A stretch of 64,000 bases of DNA from Octopus sinensis. Lineage: Eukaryota. Within the stretch, counting starts at the first letter, position 1; every line of letters starts with the position of its first letter. The notes beneath the pieces were generated by a model. The model did no database searches, was not told the origin of the DNA, and was given only the letters and a program-made list of their open reading frames with translations. Location of the stretch: positions 152,520,001-152,584,000 of the forward strand of contig NC_043000.1 of assembly GCF_006345805.1 (NCBI RefSeq), in the 5' to 3' direction. The position numbers and the translations under genes are program-made. Positions 1 through 10,934 of the stretch are shown piece after piece.

Positions 1-1
1 C

Positions 2-400
2 ACCCATAAAATTATTAAACATCTTACAAACAATAACTCTGAGCACCTTTTCAAACTCCACCCGTCTAACACCCGTGGACATGTTTACAAAGTCAGAAAA
101 CAGCACAGCTCCCATGACTTCAGGAAACATTTTTTCACGCTGAGAGTTGCTGAAGCATGGAACAGACTGCCGGCATCAGTTGTTAGTTGTCGGAGCACTG
201 CATCCTTAAAAACTTCCATGCTTCCTGAGATTCGCCAACACTACACCCGATCCCCCCTCCACACGCAAGCATGTATCTGACTCATACACTGTTCGTTTTC
301 CAGACATTTGTGCATTACTGCATATGCTTTATACGCACTTTTGACATGTTGTGGTGCACCTGAGCACTGTATACAATAATTTCATGATATATATTTATTA
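2..400 (+). mobile_element. CR1-group LINE 3' end (ORF2 C-terminus plus 3' UTR), cut by the window start
   Basis: Frame from nt 2 reads ...SNTRGHVYKVRKQHSSHDFRKHFFTLRVAEAWNRLPASVV, matching the CR1 C-terminal TRGH...RK.FF..RV...WN.LP motif. Confidence 0.8.
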
Positions 401-1276
401 CTTCATTTAAAGAGGCTTTAAATGAAGTAAACGCGGGAGTTTGGTCAAATAAAGTAATGACTCTAAAAAGTTCTTCCAAAGCCATATGATTAACAAAACA
501 CCCTCCCCCCCAAAAAACACAAAAAGAACAACAGCAAACAAGAGATTTGACTTTTATTGCATGTGTATGTGTATGTGTGTGGTGTATGTGTATGTGTGTG
601 GTGTAGGGGGAGAATGTGCCCTATTTTTCAAATCCTGACAGGAACACTGTAGCAGGAAGCAGGATTATTATATAATTCTATACTTTATCACATTTAATAT
701 AAACATGTTTTTAAGCACAACACACGCGGAGTCAAAAAGAAACACCACTTTTCACCAGCACACAAGGGTTGGCACTGCGTGAACCACAGTGCTCTGTCTC
801 CCTAGCGTGCAGATTCCTATCTCGGAATGTGAGCATGCGCACAACAACCAAACACCGCGTCACTGGAGCTGTGAAGCGCACAGTTCTATACAAGGATTTT
901 TGTATTGTTTTCATAAACTAGGGGATGGCTTCTGACAGTAAGCTTAAGGGTTATATAATGTACAAGTAAAAAGAAAGAATAAAAGAAAAAAAGGACTCAT
1001 TATATTTAATGTTATCGATAATATTGAGTGCAAATAGGGGGTGCTGCAGTTCTGTAGTGCCTACACTCGAGCCACCATTGGTTACACGTAAACATTAAAG
1101 ATTTGTAGGTACGTGGTACTTTCTTATGCCGAAGAAGCGGCAACAATCCCCGAAATATGGTATATACACTCATCACCCACTTTTGTCTTTGATCACATCA
1201 ACCGTTTACATCTGATGTCTCGATACGAAACGTTGCAGCAAAAATCAGTGCTGGCTATAAGCTCTATAGAATATCT

Positions 1277-1444
1277 AGGAGTGGCTGTGTGGTAAGTAGC
1301 TTACTTACTAACCACATGGTTCCAGGTTCAGTCCCACTGCGTGACACATTGGGCAAGTGTCTTCTTCTATAGCCTCGGGTCGACCAAAGCCTTGGGAGTG
1401 GATTTGGTAGGCGGAAACTGAACGAAGCCCGTTGTATGTGCGTG

Positions 1445-1493
<49 letters not shown>

Positions 1494-1690
1494 ATATATT
1501 TGTGTTTGTGCTTCTTCCCACTACAGTTTGACAACCAACAACCAGTGCTGGTTTCTTTACGTCCTCGTAAAATAGCGATTCGGCAAAAAAGATCGACAGA
1601 ATAAGTACCCGATTTAAAAAAAAAAAAAGCACTGGGGTCGATTTGTTCAATTAAAATCTTTGAAGGCAGTTCTTGGGCATGGCCGAAATC
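1277..1690 (+). mobile_element. CORE-like tRNA-derived SINE (diverged copy)
   Basis: Head AGGAGTGGCTGTGTGGTAAGTAGCTT, B-box-like GGTTCAGTCCC, CORE-like TTGGGCAAGTGTCTT, internal (TA)n, family tail. Confidence 0.85.
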
Positions 1691-1794
1691 CTTAAAGACT
1701 GAAGGATAGGCGCGTGTGTGCGCGCGTTCCAAATACATAAAAAAAGCTAACCTAAATGTGGCGGTACATTCAAATATCTCGTAGTCTCTGTTAT

Positions 1795-1990
1795 TATTCA
1801 GCGAGCTGGTAGAATCGTCAGCACGCTGAACAAAATACTTAACCGCATTTCGTCATTCTTGATGTTCTGTGTTCAAATTCCGCCGAGGTCGACTTTGCCT
1901 TTCGTCTTTTCGTGGTCGATGAAATAAGTACCTGTTGAGTACTGGAGTCTATGTAATCGACTTACTCCGCTCCTAAAATTTCAGGCCTTG
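1795..1990 (+). mobile_element. Meta-domain SINE, older variant
   Basis: GCGAGCTGGTAGAATCG head followed by GTTCAAATTCCGCCGAGGTCGACTTTGCCTTTC...GGTCGATGAAATAAGTACC. Confidence 0.75.
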
Positions 1991-2034
1991 TGCCTATTAT
2001 CATCATCATCATTATTATTATTATTATTATTAGG

Positions 2035-2335
2035 GTAAAGACCTCTTTCGGTCATGAATGACCATGGGATTGCACCTAGAAAGTTACCCTCCTAGACACA
2101 AGTCCGGGCAAGGTTGTTTATAGAAGACCAGCAGTCGCCCATGCATACCAGCCTTCCCTCTCCACGCCACCAGTGTTATCCAAGGGAAACACAAAGTTCG
2201 ATACAGCTTGGCACCAGTGATGTCGCAACTCATTTCTACAGCTGAGTGAACTGGAGCAACGTGAAATAAAGTGTCTTGCTCAAGAACACAACACGCAGCC
2301 CGGTCCGGGATTCGAGCTCACAACCTCATGATGAT
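2035..2335 (-). mobile_element. V-domain tRNA SINE
   Basis: Reverse strand has GTTGTGTTCTTGAGCAAGACACTTTA (V-domain start) after a B-box and ends in a (TAA)n tail. A shorter relative lies at 49295-49420. Confidence 0.65.
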
Positions 2336-2790
2336 TATTATCGATTGTCCGTACGATAGTATGATCATATTTTACTGTTTTACTTAAAACCATGAAAATC
2401 TAAAACTGTTCTGTACAAGCAACACAATCTATTATAGGATATGTAGACAAGCAAGGCAGCTAAGCTAACGTAACATTAATGTTATGTCAATAACAACAGA
2501 TAATTAAGTCAACTGTCTGAACCTAAATCTCTTGTTATTTTAGAACACATTTTGTTCGCTTTTCTAACATTTCAGTTAATCTCCCTCAGCTCGGTTTTGT
2601 TTCGTGTTTCGTCAATAAATTGTTTTTTGTTTGTTTGTTTGTTTTTACCAACGGCCAAAGATGTTTTGTAAATGAACGGATATACATTTATGCATAATTT
2701 TTGATAGGCAGAAAGTCACAAAAGTGACTCACGAGCCGAAAGTTTCTGCCGATTAAGAATAATAAAATCATTTCTCTCTCTTTCTCTTTT

Positions 2791-3184
2791 CTCTCTTTTA
2801 CTTGTTTCAGTCATTTGACTGCGGCCATGCTGGAGCACCGCCTTTTGGTCGAGCAAATCGACCCCGGGACTTATTCTTTGTAAGCCCAGTACTTATTCTA
2901 TCGGTCTCTTTTGCCGAACCGCTAAGTTAAGGGGACGTAAACACACCAGCATCGGCTGTCAAGCAATGCTAAGGGGACAAACACAGACACACAAACACAC
3001 ACACACACACATATACATATATACGACGGGCTTCTTTCAGTTTCCGTCTACCAAATCCACTCACAAGGCTTTAGTCGGCCCGAGGCTATAGTAGAAGACA
3101 CTTGCCCAAGGTGCCACGCAGTGGGACTGAACCCGGAACCGTGTGGTTGGTAAGCAAGCTACTTACCACACAGCCACTCCTGCG
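2791..3184 (-). mobile_element. CORE-like SINE, full length
   Basis: Near-consensus reverse complement of the family with an internal (CA)/(TA) tract. Confidence 0.9.
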
Positions 3185-3534
3185 TCTCTCTCTCTTCCTG
3201 AAATATATTTATTTATTTATATAACGAAATGTTAGCGCCAAGCAGTGTTTAAACATAAGCAAAATTTAGATTACTTGAAATATGTTTGTGACATATGGCA
3301 ACAGCTAAAAAACAAATTCACTGCAATTACCGTAGAGAAAATATCGTTTTTATGGTAAAATGGTGTGAAAACACCCGGTTTGTTCAGTGTCGCCATCTGT
3401 CAGGAATCCCAAACATCGATGTTTCAAGCTTTTTGACTCTTATCAATGGGATGCATTATATATATTCCAGGAGTGACAAGTTCAAAAATAATCTGTTCGG
3501 TCACTTAGAATAAAGTATATAGAGATAAGTTACA

Positions 3535-4289
3535 CCAGAAATCTTTGACCTGGTTGTGCTACCGATCGGCTTTACCGGTTCGAGAAAGGTTGTCAAGGCA
3601 TGGTTTTGACACTTCCCCCACGTGTCCGAGGTGCGGGTGAGCCAGTGAAACGATTACGCACGCCTTCGTACTCTGTGAGGAGTTGAGGGAGTTGATGGCC
3701 TTTGCCGAACAACTGAAGTCGGATGCAGAAAGAGTACGGCTCTCGTCTGAGTCCATGATAAAGATTGTACCACCTTCCTCTTTCACCAAAGAAAAGAAGG
3801 TAGCTTTTCTCTGCGTAGTAGCCATACTGAAAGATGTGGTATGGAAGACGCGAGCGAAAGAGATTATTGCGATAGGTCAATTCATTTCCAGACGTGGGCT
3901 GGTGAATTACTTCGCCGCCCACCTGTCCAGCAAGATCCGTCTGGAGGGGAGGATCCTGCTGCAATGAGCGTTTGGAAAAAGATGGATGACAGTGGTAAGA
4001 AAGATGAGAATGCACGAGGCTGTGCTTGCACGGTCGGTCGGGGCATAAAAGAAAGGGAAAAGTTTACCAAAAGGGATAACCAACTGGCGGGTTAATTCAC
4101 TAACCCGGAACCCAATTTCCATCCAATCATCACGTATATTTTTAACTCCCATCCGTAGAATATATGTAAATCCATCTGCCTTTCCATCTTGTATATAAGA
4201 AGCGTGTCTGTACCCTACATGTCCCTTGTCAGTCCTTGTAACGTCCCCTCTATGTAAACCTTTTTATAGGTAAATAAAGAAATATATTT
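3535..4289 (+). mobile_element. L1/Tx1-clade LINE, 5'-truncated: ORF2 C-terminal zinc knuckle plus 3' UTR
   Basis: Translation ALPVRERLSRHGFDTSP-TCPRCG..ETITHAFVLCEELRELMAF (zf-RVT-like, frameshifted). UTR ends AATAAAGAAATA. Flanked by AGAGATAAG(T/C)TACA at 3521-3534 and 4290-4303 (TSD). Confidence 0.85.
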
Positions 4290-4932
4290 AGAGATAAGCT
4301 ACAGAGTGAATATAAATATTTAATCCATAACCGTTACTCCAACAAAATGTATTTTATTTCTCTCCCCCACAACCGACATGTATTGAGCTTGTTCCACCAA
4401 ATATATACAAACACAGCGTATGTATCTGACTTCGTTAAAAGTGGAAGTAAAGCACCGATGAACTTTCTTCTAAGCTTCTGAAACTGGTAAGAGGAAGGGA
4501 AAACATCATCCTCAGACTAGAGACTTAGCTCGAATACTTGTAATAGAGCAGACCCCGCTAAAGACACCGAAGACCATATGGTGATAATAAAATGGGCAAT
4601 GGCTTAATACTACTACCCAGGAACAGGAGCGATTCTTCCGATAAGCTTCCACATAGTTTCCCTGCCAAGGCTTTGGACAACAAACCCTGGGATTACGGTA
4701 GAAGAAACGGTCAATATAAAGATCTTCACCTGGGAACAAAACAAAAAAAAAAAACCAGCCTGGTGGGTGTTAACAAGTATGTAGAAAACGAATATGAAAA
4801 AAAAAAAATGCGCGCTGGTGGTGGGGAGGGGACTTTCGGAAAATTCACAAGATCCGATTTTTCCGTCATAACTTTCGGTAAAATGGATATATATATATTG
4901 GTTTGTTACGGAATCCCACGTTTTTGGTTACC

Positions 4933-5135
4933 CTTTTACTTGTTTCAGTTATTTGACTGTGGCCATGCTGGAGCACCGCCTTTAGTCGAGTAGATCGACC
5001 CCAGGACTTATTCTTAACAAGCCTAGTACTTATTCTATCGGTCTCTTTTGCCGAACCGCTAAGTTACGGGGATGTAAACACACCAGCATCGGTTGTCAAA
5101 CGATGTTGGGACACACACACACACATACACATATA
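4933..5135 (-). mobile_element. CORE-like SINE, tail half only
   Basis: Family tail runs from CTTTTACTTGTTTCAG to the internal (CA)n tract, where the 5S copy begins. Confidence 0.85.
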
Positions 5136-5139
5136 TGTG

Positions 5140-5259
5140 GCTTACGGCCATATCTCGTTGAAAGCACCGGTTCTCGTCCCATCACCGAAGTTAAGCAACG
5201 TCGAGCCTAGTTAGTACTTAGATGGGTGACCGCTTGGGAAACCTAGGTGCAGTAAGCGT
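5140..5259 (+). rRNA. 5S rRNA: 5S rRNA gene or dispersed copy
   Basis: GCTTACGGCCATATC...CCGAAGTTAAGCAACGTCGAGCCTAGTTAGTACTTAGATGGGTGACCGC...GTAAGC, about 119 nt. Helix I is GCTTAC/GTAAGC; A-box and C-box regions are recognisable. Confidence 0.93.
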
Positions 5260-5272
5260 TACACATTGTTTT

Positions 5273-5438
5273 GGCGTAGGAGTGGCTGTGTGGTAAGTAG
5301 CTTCCTTACGAACCGCATAGCTCCGGGTTCAGTCCCACTGCGTGGCATCTTGGGCAAGTGTCTTCTACTATAGCATCGGGCCGATCAAAGCCTTGTGAGG
5401 TGGATTTGGTAGACGAAAACAGAAAGAGGCCCGTCGTA

Positions 5439-5487
<49 letters not shown>

Positions 5488-5758
5488 TATATATACACAC
5501 ATACATATATATATATATATATACACACATACATATATATATGTATGTGTGTGTATATGTTTGTGTCTGTATTTGTCCTCCCAACATCGCTTGACAACCG
5601 ATGCTGGTGTGTTTACGTCCACGTAACTTAGCGGTTCGGCAAAAGAGACTAATAGAATAAGTACTAGGCTTACAAAGAATAAGTCCTGGGGTCGATTTGC
5701 TCGACAAAAGGCGGTGCTCCAGTATGGCCACAATCATATGACTGAAACAAGTAAAAGG
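5273..5758 (+). mobile_element. CORE-like SINE, full length with expanded (TA)n
   Basis: Family head, CORE-like region and tail all present. Confidence 0.9.
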
Positions 5759-5767
5759 GTATACACA

Positions 5768-5805
<38 letters not shown>

Positions 5806-5847
5806 TATATATATATATAATATATATATATATTATATATATATATA

Positions 5848-6008
5848 TACGAAGGGCTTCTTTCAGTTTCCGTCTACCAAATCCACTCACAAGGCTTTGG
5901 TCGGCCCGGGGCTATAGCAGAAGACACTTGCCCAAGATGCCACGCAGTGGGACTGAACCCGGAGCTATGTGGTTGGTAAGCAAGCTACTTACCACACAGC
6001 CACTCCTA
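5848..6008 (-). mobile_element. CORE-like SINE, head half
   Basis: Reverse complement of the head and CORE-like region, ending at a (TA)n tract. Confidence 0.85.
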
Positions 6009-7273
6009 CAGGATCCGATTCTGAAAACAAAGGGTAACTGGGCCCCATAATGTAGGAGTCACACTGTTTTGGCAGCTTTCTTCCCTTCTTTCCACCCATT
6101 TCCTAAAACACCATACTGAGGGTGTAGTGACAACATAAAATCAAGTACATAAAATACCAGAAAGCGAAAGGATAATAAATAACGTCTCGGACAAAATGTT
6201 TAGCAGCATTTTATCCGGCTTTATGTTCTGAGTTCAAATCCTACCGTGGTCAACTTTGTCTTTCATCCTTCCGGGGTCGATAAAATAAATATCAATCGAG
6301 TACCGGGGTTGATATAATCGATTAAACTCTTCGCCCGAAGTTGTTGGCCTTGTGCCAAAATTAGAAAAGGATTAAATTTTTTTGAGAGTACGATGATGGT
6401 TAAGCAATCTATCGAGGGCTTCGTTGTTTTCTTACAAATATATTTCTTCACCGACGAATTCAACAATAACAACAAAAGTGACTATCATGAGAGAGTGAAC
6501 TCGTCCCGCCCCAACCAAAAATAATAAAATAATAATAATAATAATAATAAATAAATAAAATAAAAGCGGCGGGGTGGGGGAGAAAGAAAAGAAAGTGGAG
6601 AATACGATCTTAGCTGGCATTAGGTTTAGGCATTTAAGTGTAAAAACCTAACAGGGTAACTTTGTATGTTGTTTAAAGAGGAAATATAGGCCGAAGTACA
6701 TATAACCATGTGCTTGTAAGTGCGATTATGTATACGTTGATGTGTTCATATATAATAAACAATGTTGTGAATTAGACAAGTACAAATAACGGAAAATATT
6801 TTAATAAAAAGTTACTGTATATATATATATTTAGTCTGACACGGGTAAAACTTTATGTCAAGGTTAATTTTACACTCACCTTTGTTTAAAGAGCGAAGTG
6901 AAATATGTAAATGAAATCTTGAAGATAAGCGCTTCTTTCCTCGCGTTTTACTCTCTCTCCCACTTCTTTGAAACTGACGAGAATCAAGTGCGCTACTGCT
7001 GCTGATTTGATTGGCAAAGGAATAGAGAAAGAAAGGAAGAACATGTAAATAAACAGAAAGAAAAAAAACTAACGGCGAGAAAGAAAAAAAGATGAAAAAA
7101 CAAAAAGTAGGTTAGTAGGAAAAAGAGGAGGAGGGAATAGTCTGAAGAATATAACGACCGAGAGGCAAAGTACAAAGCTCGAAAGAAAATGAAGAACAAT
7201 GCAAATATTAGCAGAGTAAAGAGAAAATAAGCAAATGTCTACGTTCATACACACACACATATACTTACATATA

Positions 7274-7692
7274 TATTTCTTTACTGCCCACAAGGGGCTA
7301 AACACAGAGGGGACAAACAAGGACAGACATAGGTATTAAGTCGATTACATCGATCCCAGTGCGTAACTGGTACTTAATTTATCGACCCCGAAAGGATGAA
7401 AGGCAAAGTCGACCTCGGCGGAATTTGAACTCAGAACGTAGCGGCAGACGAAATACCTATTTCTTTACTGCCCACAAGGGGCTAAACATAGAGGGGACAA
7501 ACAAGGACAGACAAACGGATTAAGTCGATTACATCGATCCCAGTGCGTAACTGGTACGTAATTTATCGACCCCGAAAGGATGAAAGGCAAAGTCGACCCC
7601 TCAGCGGAATTTGAACTCAGAACGTAGCGACGGGCGAAATACCGCGAAGCATTTCGCCCGGCGTGCTAACGTCTCTGCCAGCTCGCCGCCTT
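7274..7692 (-). mobile_element. Meta-domain SINE dimer (one head, two body+tail units)
   Basis: Meta motif GCCTTTCATCCTTTCGGGGTCGATAAATTAAGTACC occurs twice; flanking direct repeat ATATACTTACATATA. Confidence 0.9.
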
Positions 7693-8266
7693 ACACATAT
7701 ATACTTACATATAAACCTTTCATGGGCCCTGCAAACGAAGAAGCAAGGTCGTCTTAGCAGCATTATAAGCCCCCGGGCAAATCAGTGCACTGCTGGACCC
7801 TTTCGTATTTATTTATTGACAGAAAGTCAAAGCATACATAAATTAGAACTGGGCCCTTAGACTGCCCAATGTGCCCATGCCCAAAGGGAGCACTGCGAAG
7901 AAGCACCCGTCTCTTTTTTATGTATCTGGAACCGGATTGTCCAAGATGACCATTCTCTTTTTTGTACGCTGATGTGTGTGATTTGAGAGAAATTTGGCTG
8001 CTATTTCTAGCAGATAGAGCAATCACGTAGAATCTACGTAATTGCTCTATTTGTAATGAGAGCTGTTACGCTGTGGACGCGCCCTCATTGATTAGTTCCC
8101 ACCGTATTTGTTGATGCATATTATCTCCACCCCTCACCCCGGGCCTATAAAAGGAAATTTACTAAAGTGGAGTAAGACTGTTATTAAGCTCCGGATGTGG
8201 GCAGAGCCCTTAAAATGCAGGGATCTGGGACATTTTATTTTATTTTTACTTTTATTTTTAAAGAAA

Positions 8267-8431
8267 GGCGCAGGAGTGGCTGTGTGGTAAGTAGCTTGTT
8301 TACCAACCACATGGTTCTGGGTTCATTCCCGCTGCGTGGCACCTTGGGCAAGTGTTTTCTACTATAGCCTCGGGCCGACCAAAGCCTTGTGAGTGGATTT
8401 GGTAGACGGAAACTGAAAGAAGCCTGTCGTA

Positions 8432-8464
<33 letters not shown>

Positions 8465-8692
8465 GTGCGTGTATGTTTGTGTGTCTGTGTTTGTCCCCCT
8501 AGCATTGCTTGACAACCGATGCTGGTGTGTTTATGTCCCCGTTACTTAGCGGTTCGGCAAAAGAGACCGATAGAATAAGTACTGGGCTAACAAAAGAATA
8601 AGTCCCGGGGTCGATTTGCTCGATTAAAAAGGCGGTGCTCCAGCATGGCCGCAGTCAAATGACTGAAACAAGTAAAAGAGTAAAGAGTAAAG
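8267..8692 (+). mobile_element. CORE-like SINE, full length
   Basis: Near consensus with a (GTAAAAGA)n tail. Confidence 0.9.
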
Positions 8693-9078
8693 GAAACCAA
8701 CAACTAATTAGAGCCCCTTCCCTTCCACACCTTATTGGCTATCCGAGCCCCGGAATAATGTGTCGAGTCCCACTATTCTCTTCTAGGAATTCCACGCTCG
8801 CACACCCTCGCTCATCTATCAATTAGAAAAAGCTAGTAATAAAATCTAGTTGTCTTGGTCCAATGAATATTTATTTTTCTGCCTTTATTAAAAAATCAGG
8901 TTTTAGCAAATATTAATCACTGATAAGATCACTTCAGATACAATGAGATCTGATTTAATTTCTAATGTACATAGTGTAAAGAGATAAATATCACTCGAGC
9001 CAAGATAGTCTTTCAGGCCTGAGCAACTCTTTCGAGAAGTGGGCCGCATGAGACGTGACTCATTATCTGGTGGGTCAC

Positions 9079-9172
9079 TAGAAATAGCAACCAATTCGAC
9101 TTGTTAGAAATAGCAACCAATTCGACTTGTTAGAAATAGCAACCAATTCGACTTGTTAGAAATAGCAACCAA
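9079..9172. repeat. 26-bp minisatellite, 3.5 perfect copies
   Basis: TAGAAATAGCAACCAATTCGACTTGT starts at 9079, 9105 and 9131, with a partial copy at 9157. Confidence 0.9.
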
Positions 9173-10040
9173 ATCTCATTTAAATCATTCTCTACGATCT
9201 TATAAAAAGGGAGAACACGTTGGACAAAATGAAACTGATCAGTGAACTTCGATCGATTTTTTTTTCTTGACAGTAATCTTAATTACTCAGTTCTAAATCA
9301 GATGTTCTTTGGGTGTCTTTTTTGGAGTTCATTCATTCCATTGAACGCATTTGTCTCAGGTTTCTGGTTTTGAGGATACCTTCCGCCCTTCCACCAGTCT
9401 AGGAAATAAGCAAGGGCCATGGTACTGTTCTTTCGTCCGTAACTAAACAGGAGAAAAAACCCGGATGTTATGTAAAAAAAATAATTTATGGAGCAGAAAA
9501 CGTTTTTAAAACTGTTGTAGCAATGACGCAACTGGGTTTCAGTTGAAGGGTTTTCGTCGAACAAATCAAATCAAGTATTTTATTTTAAAGTTTGGTACTT
9601 ATCTTATTCTATCGGTCTTTTTTTTTTTTTTTGCTAAGCCGTTAGGTCGGAGGGACGTAAACTAACCAACATAGGTTAAGTGGTCGCTGTAAGGGAACAT
9701 ACACACATATACGTATATGCATACGACAAATTTCCACACAGTCTCCGTTTACCAAATTCACCTACAAAGCATTGGTCGACTCTAGATTATAGTAGAAGAC
9801 AGTTGTCCATGGTGCCGCACATTGGGACTGAATTCGAAACCCACATGAGTCCAAAGCAATCTTCTTAACCATAGAACTATGCATGCGCCTCTCTAATGAA
9901 GTGCAATAAAAATGTTCGATCCTCGGTCAGAGGATGATGTTTATTTAGTTGTTCGGTTAAGTTAACTCCCCAGTATGCAAAACTACATCAGAACTAGATT
10001 TTTTTGAAAATATTCTGGCGAAAATTTGAAAAGTGTTCAG

Positions 10041-10435
10041 AGGAGTGGCTGTGTGGTAAGTAGCTTGCTTACCAACCACATGGTTCCGGGTTCAGTCCCA
10101 CTGCGTGGCACCTTGGGCAAGTGTCTTCTACTATAGCCTCGGGCCGACCAAAGCCTTGTGAGTGGATTTGGTAGACGGAAACTGAAAGAAGCTCGTCGTA
10201 TATATGTATATATATATGTATGTGTGTGTGTGTTTGTCCCTCTAGCATTGCTTGACAACCGATGCTGGTGTGTTTACGCCCCCGTCACTTAGCGGTTCGA
10301 CAAAAGAGAACGATAGAATAAGTACTGGGCTTACAAAGAATAAGTCCCGGGGTCGATTTGCTCGACTAAAGTCGGTGCTCCAGCATGGCCGCAGTCAAAT
10401 GACTGAAACAAGTAAAAGAGTAAAAGAGTAAAAGA
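10041..10435 (+). mobile_element. CORE-like SINE, full length
   Basis: Near consensus. Confidence 0.9.
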
Positions 10436-10934
10436 TTTAACAAAATTCTTACCTTGTTTTTTTTCTTTTTAATGACTTTGTTGTCAAACGACTCCGTAAG
10501 GAAACAAGGACGAGAGAAAAATTATTTGAAAACTGGCCTGAATGCTGGCAGCTGAGTGAATTCCATTGAAGTCAGTATCAAATTAAATATATCCACTCCC
10601 AGTGCTTTACAGGCAGATGTTGTTGTGTTAAAAATGTGCTATCGTTTGAGATGAGAGTAGATGATTCATTTTAATGTGACTGCAGCCAAAATGCTTGTTT
10701 TAGTTAGCTAGCTATAACTAAGTAGTATAGTTCATAGTCGTAGGTGGTAGATACATAGTATAAATGACAAGAGTGTCGTTAGGTAAAGGTTTTTTAGTTC
10801 AGAGAGCTTTATTCATACCGGTAGTGATTTAGCCAATGATGGTTTATTTAACAGCAGCTTCATGCTTGAGAAATTGGGGATACATAACCTGTTTAATAAA
10901 TTCCTATTTGGGTAAAAACAAGGGAAGAGAAGAA

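Noticed and set aside
2707-2750. Nested hairpin GGCAGAAA/TTTCTGCC with inner GTCAC/GTGAC, superficially hammerhead-like
   Set aside because: No CUGANGA plus GAAA arrangement on either strand.
8065-8230. TG...CA segment with TATAAAAGG as a solo LTR
   Set aside because: No TSD, no poly(A) signal and no second copy; insufficient evidence.
9079-9172. Regular repeats here and in the 184-bp SINE arrays as possible CRISPR arrays
   Set aside because: No unique spacers, no cas genes, eukaryotic context.
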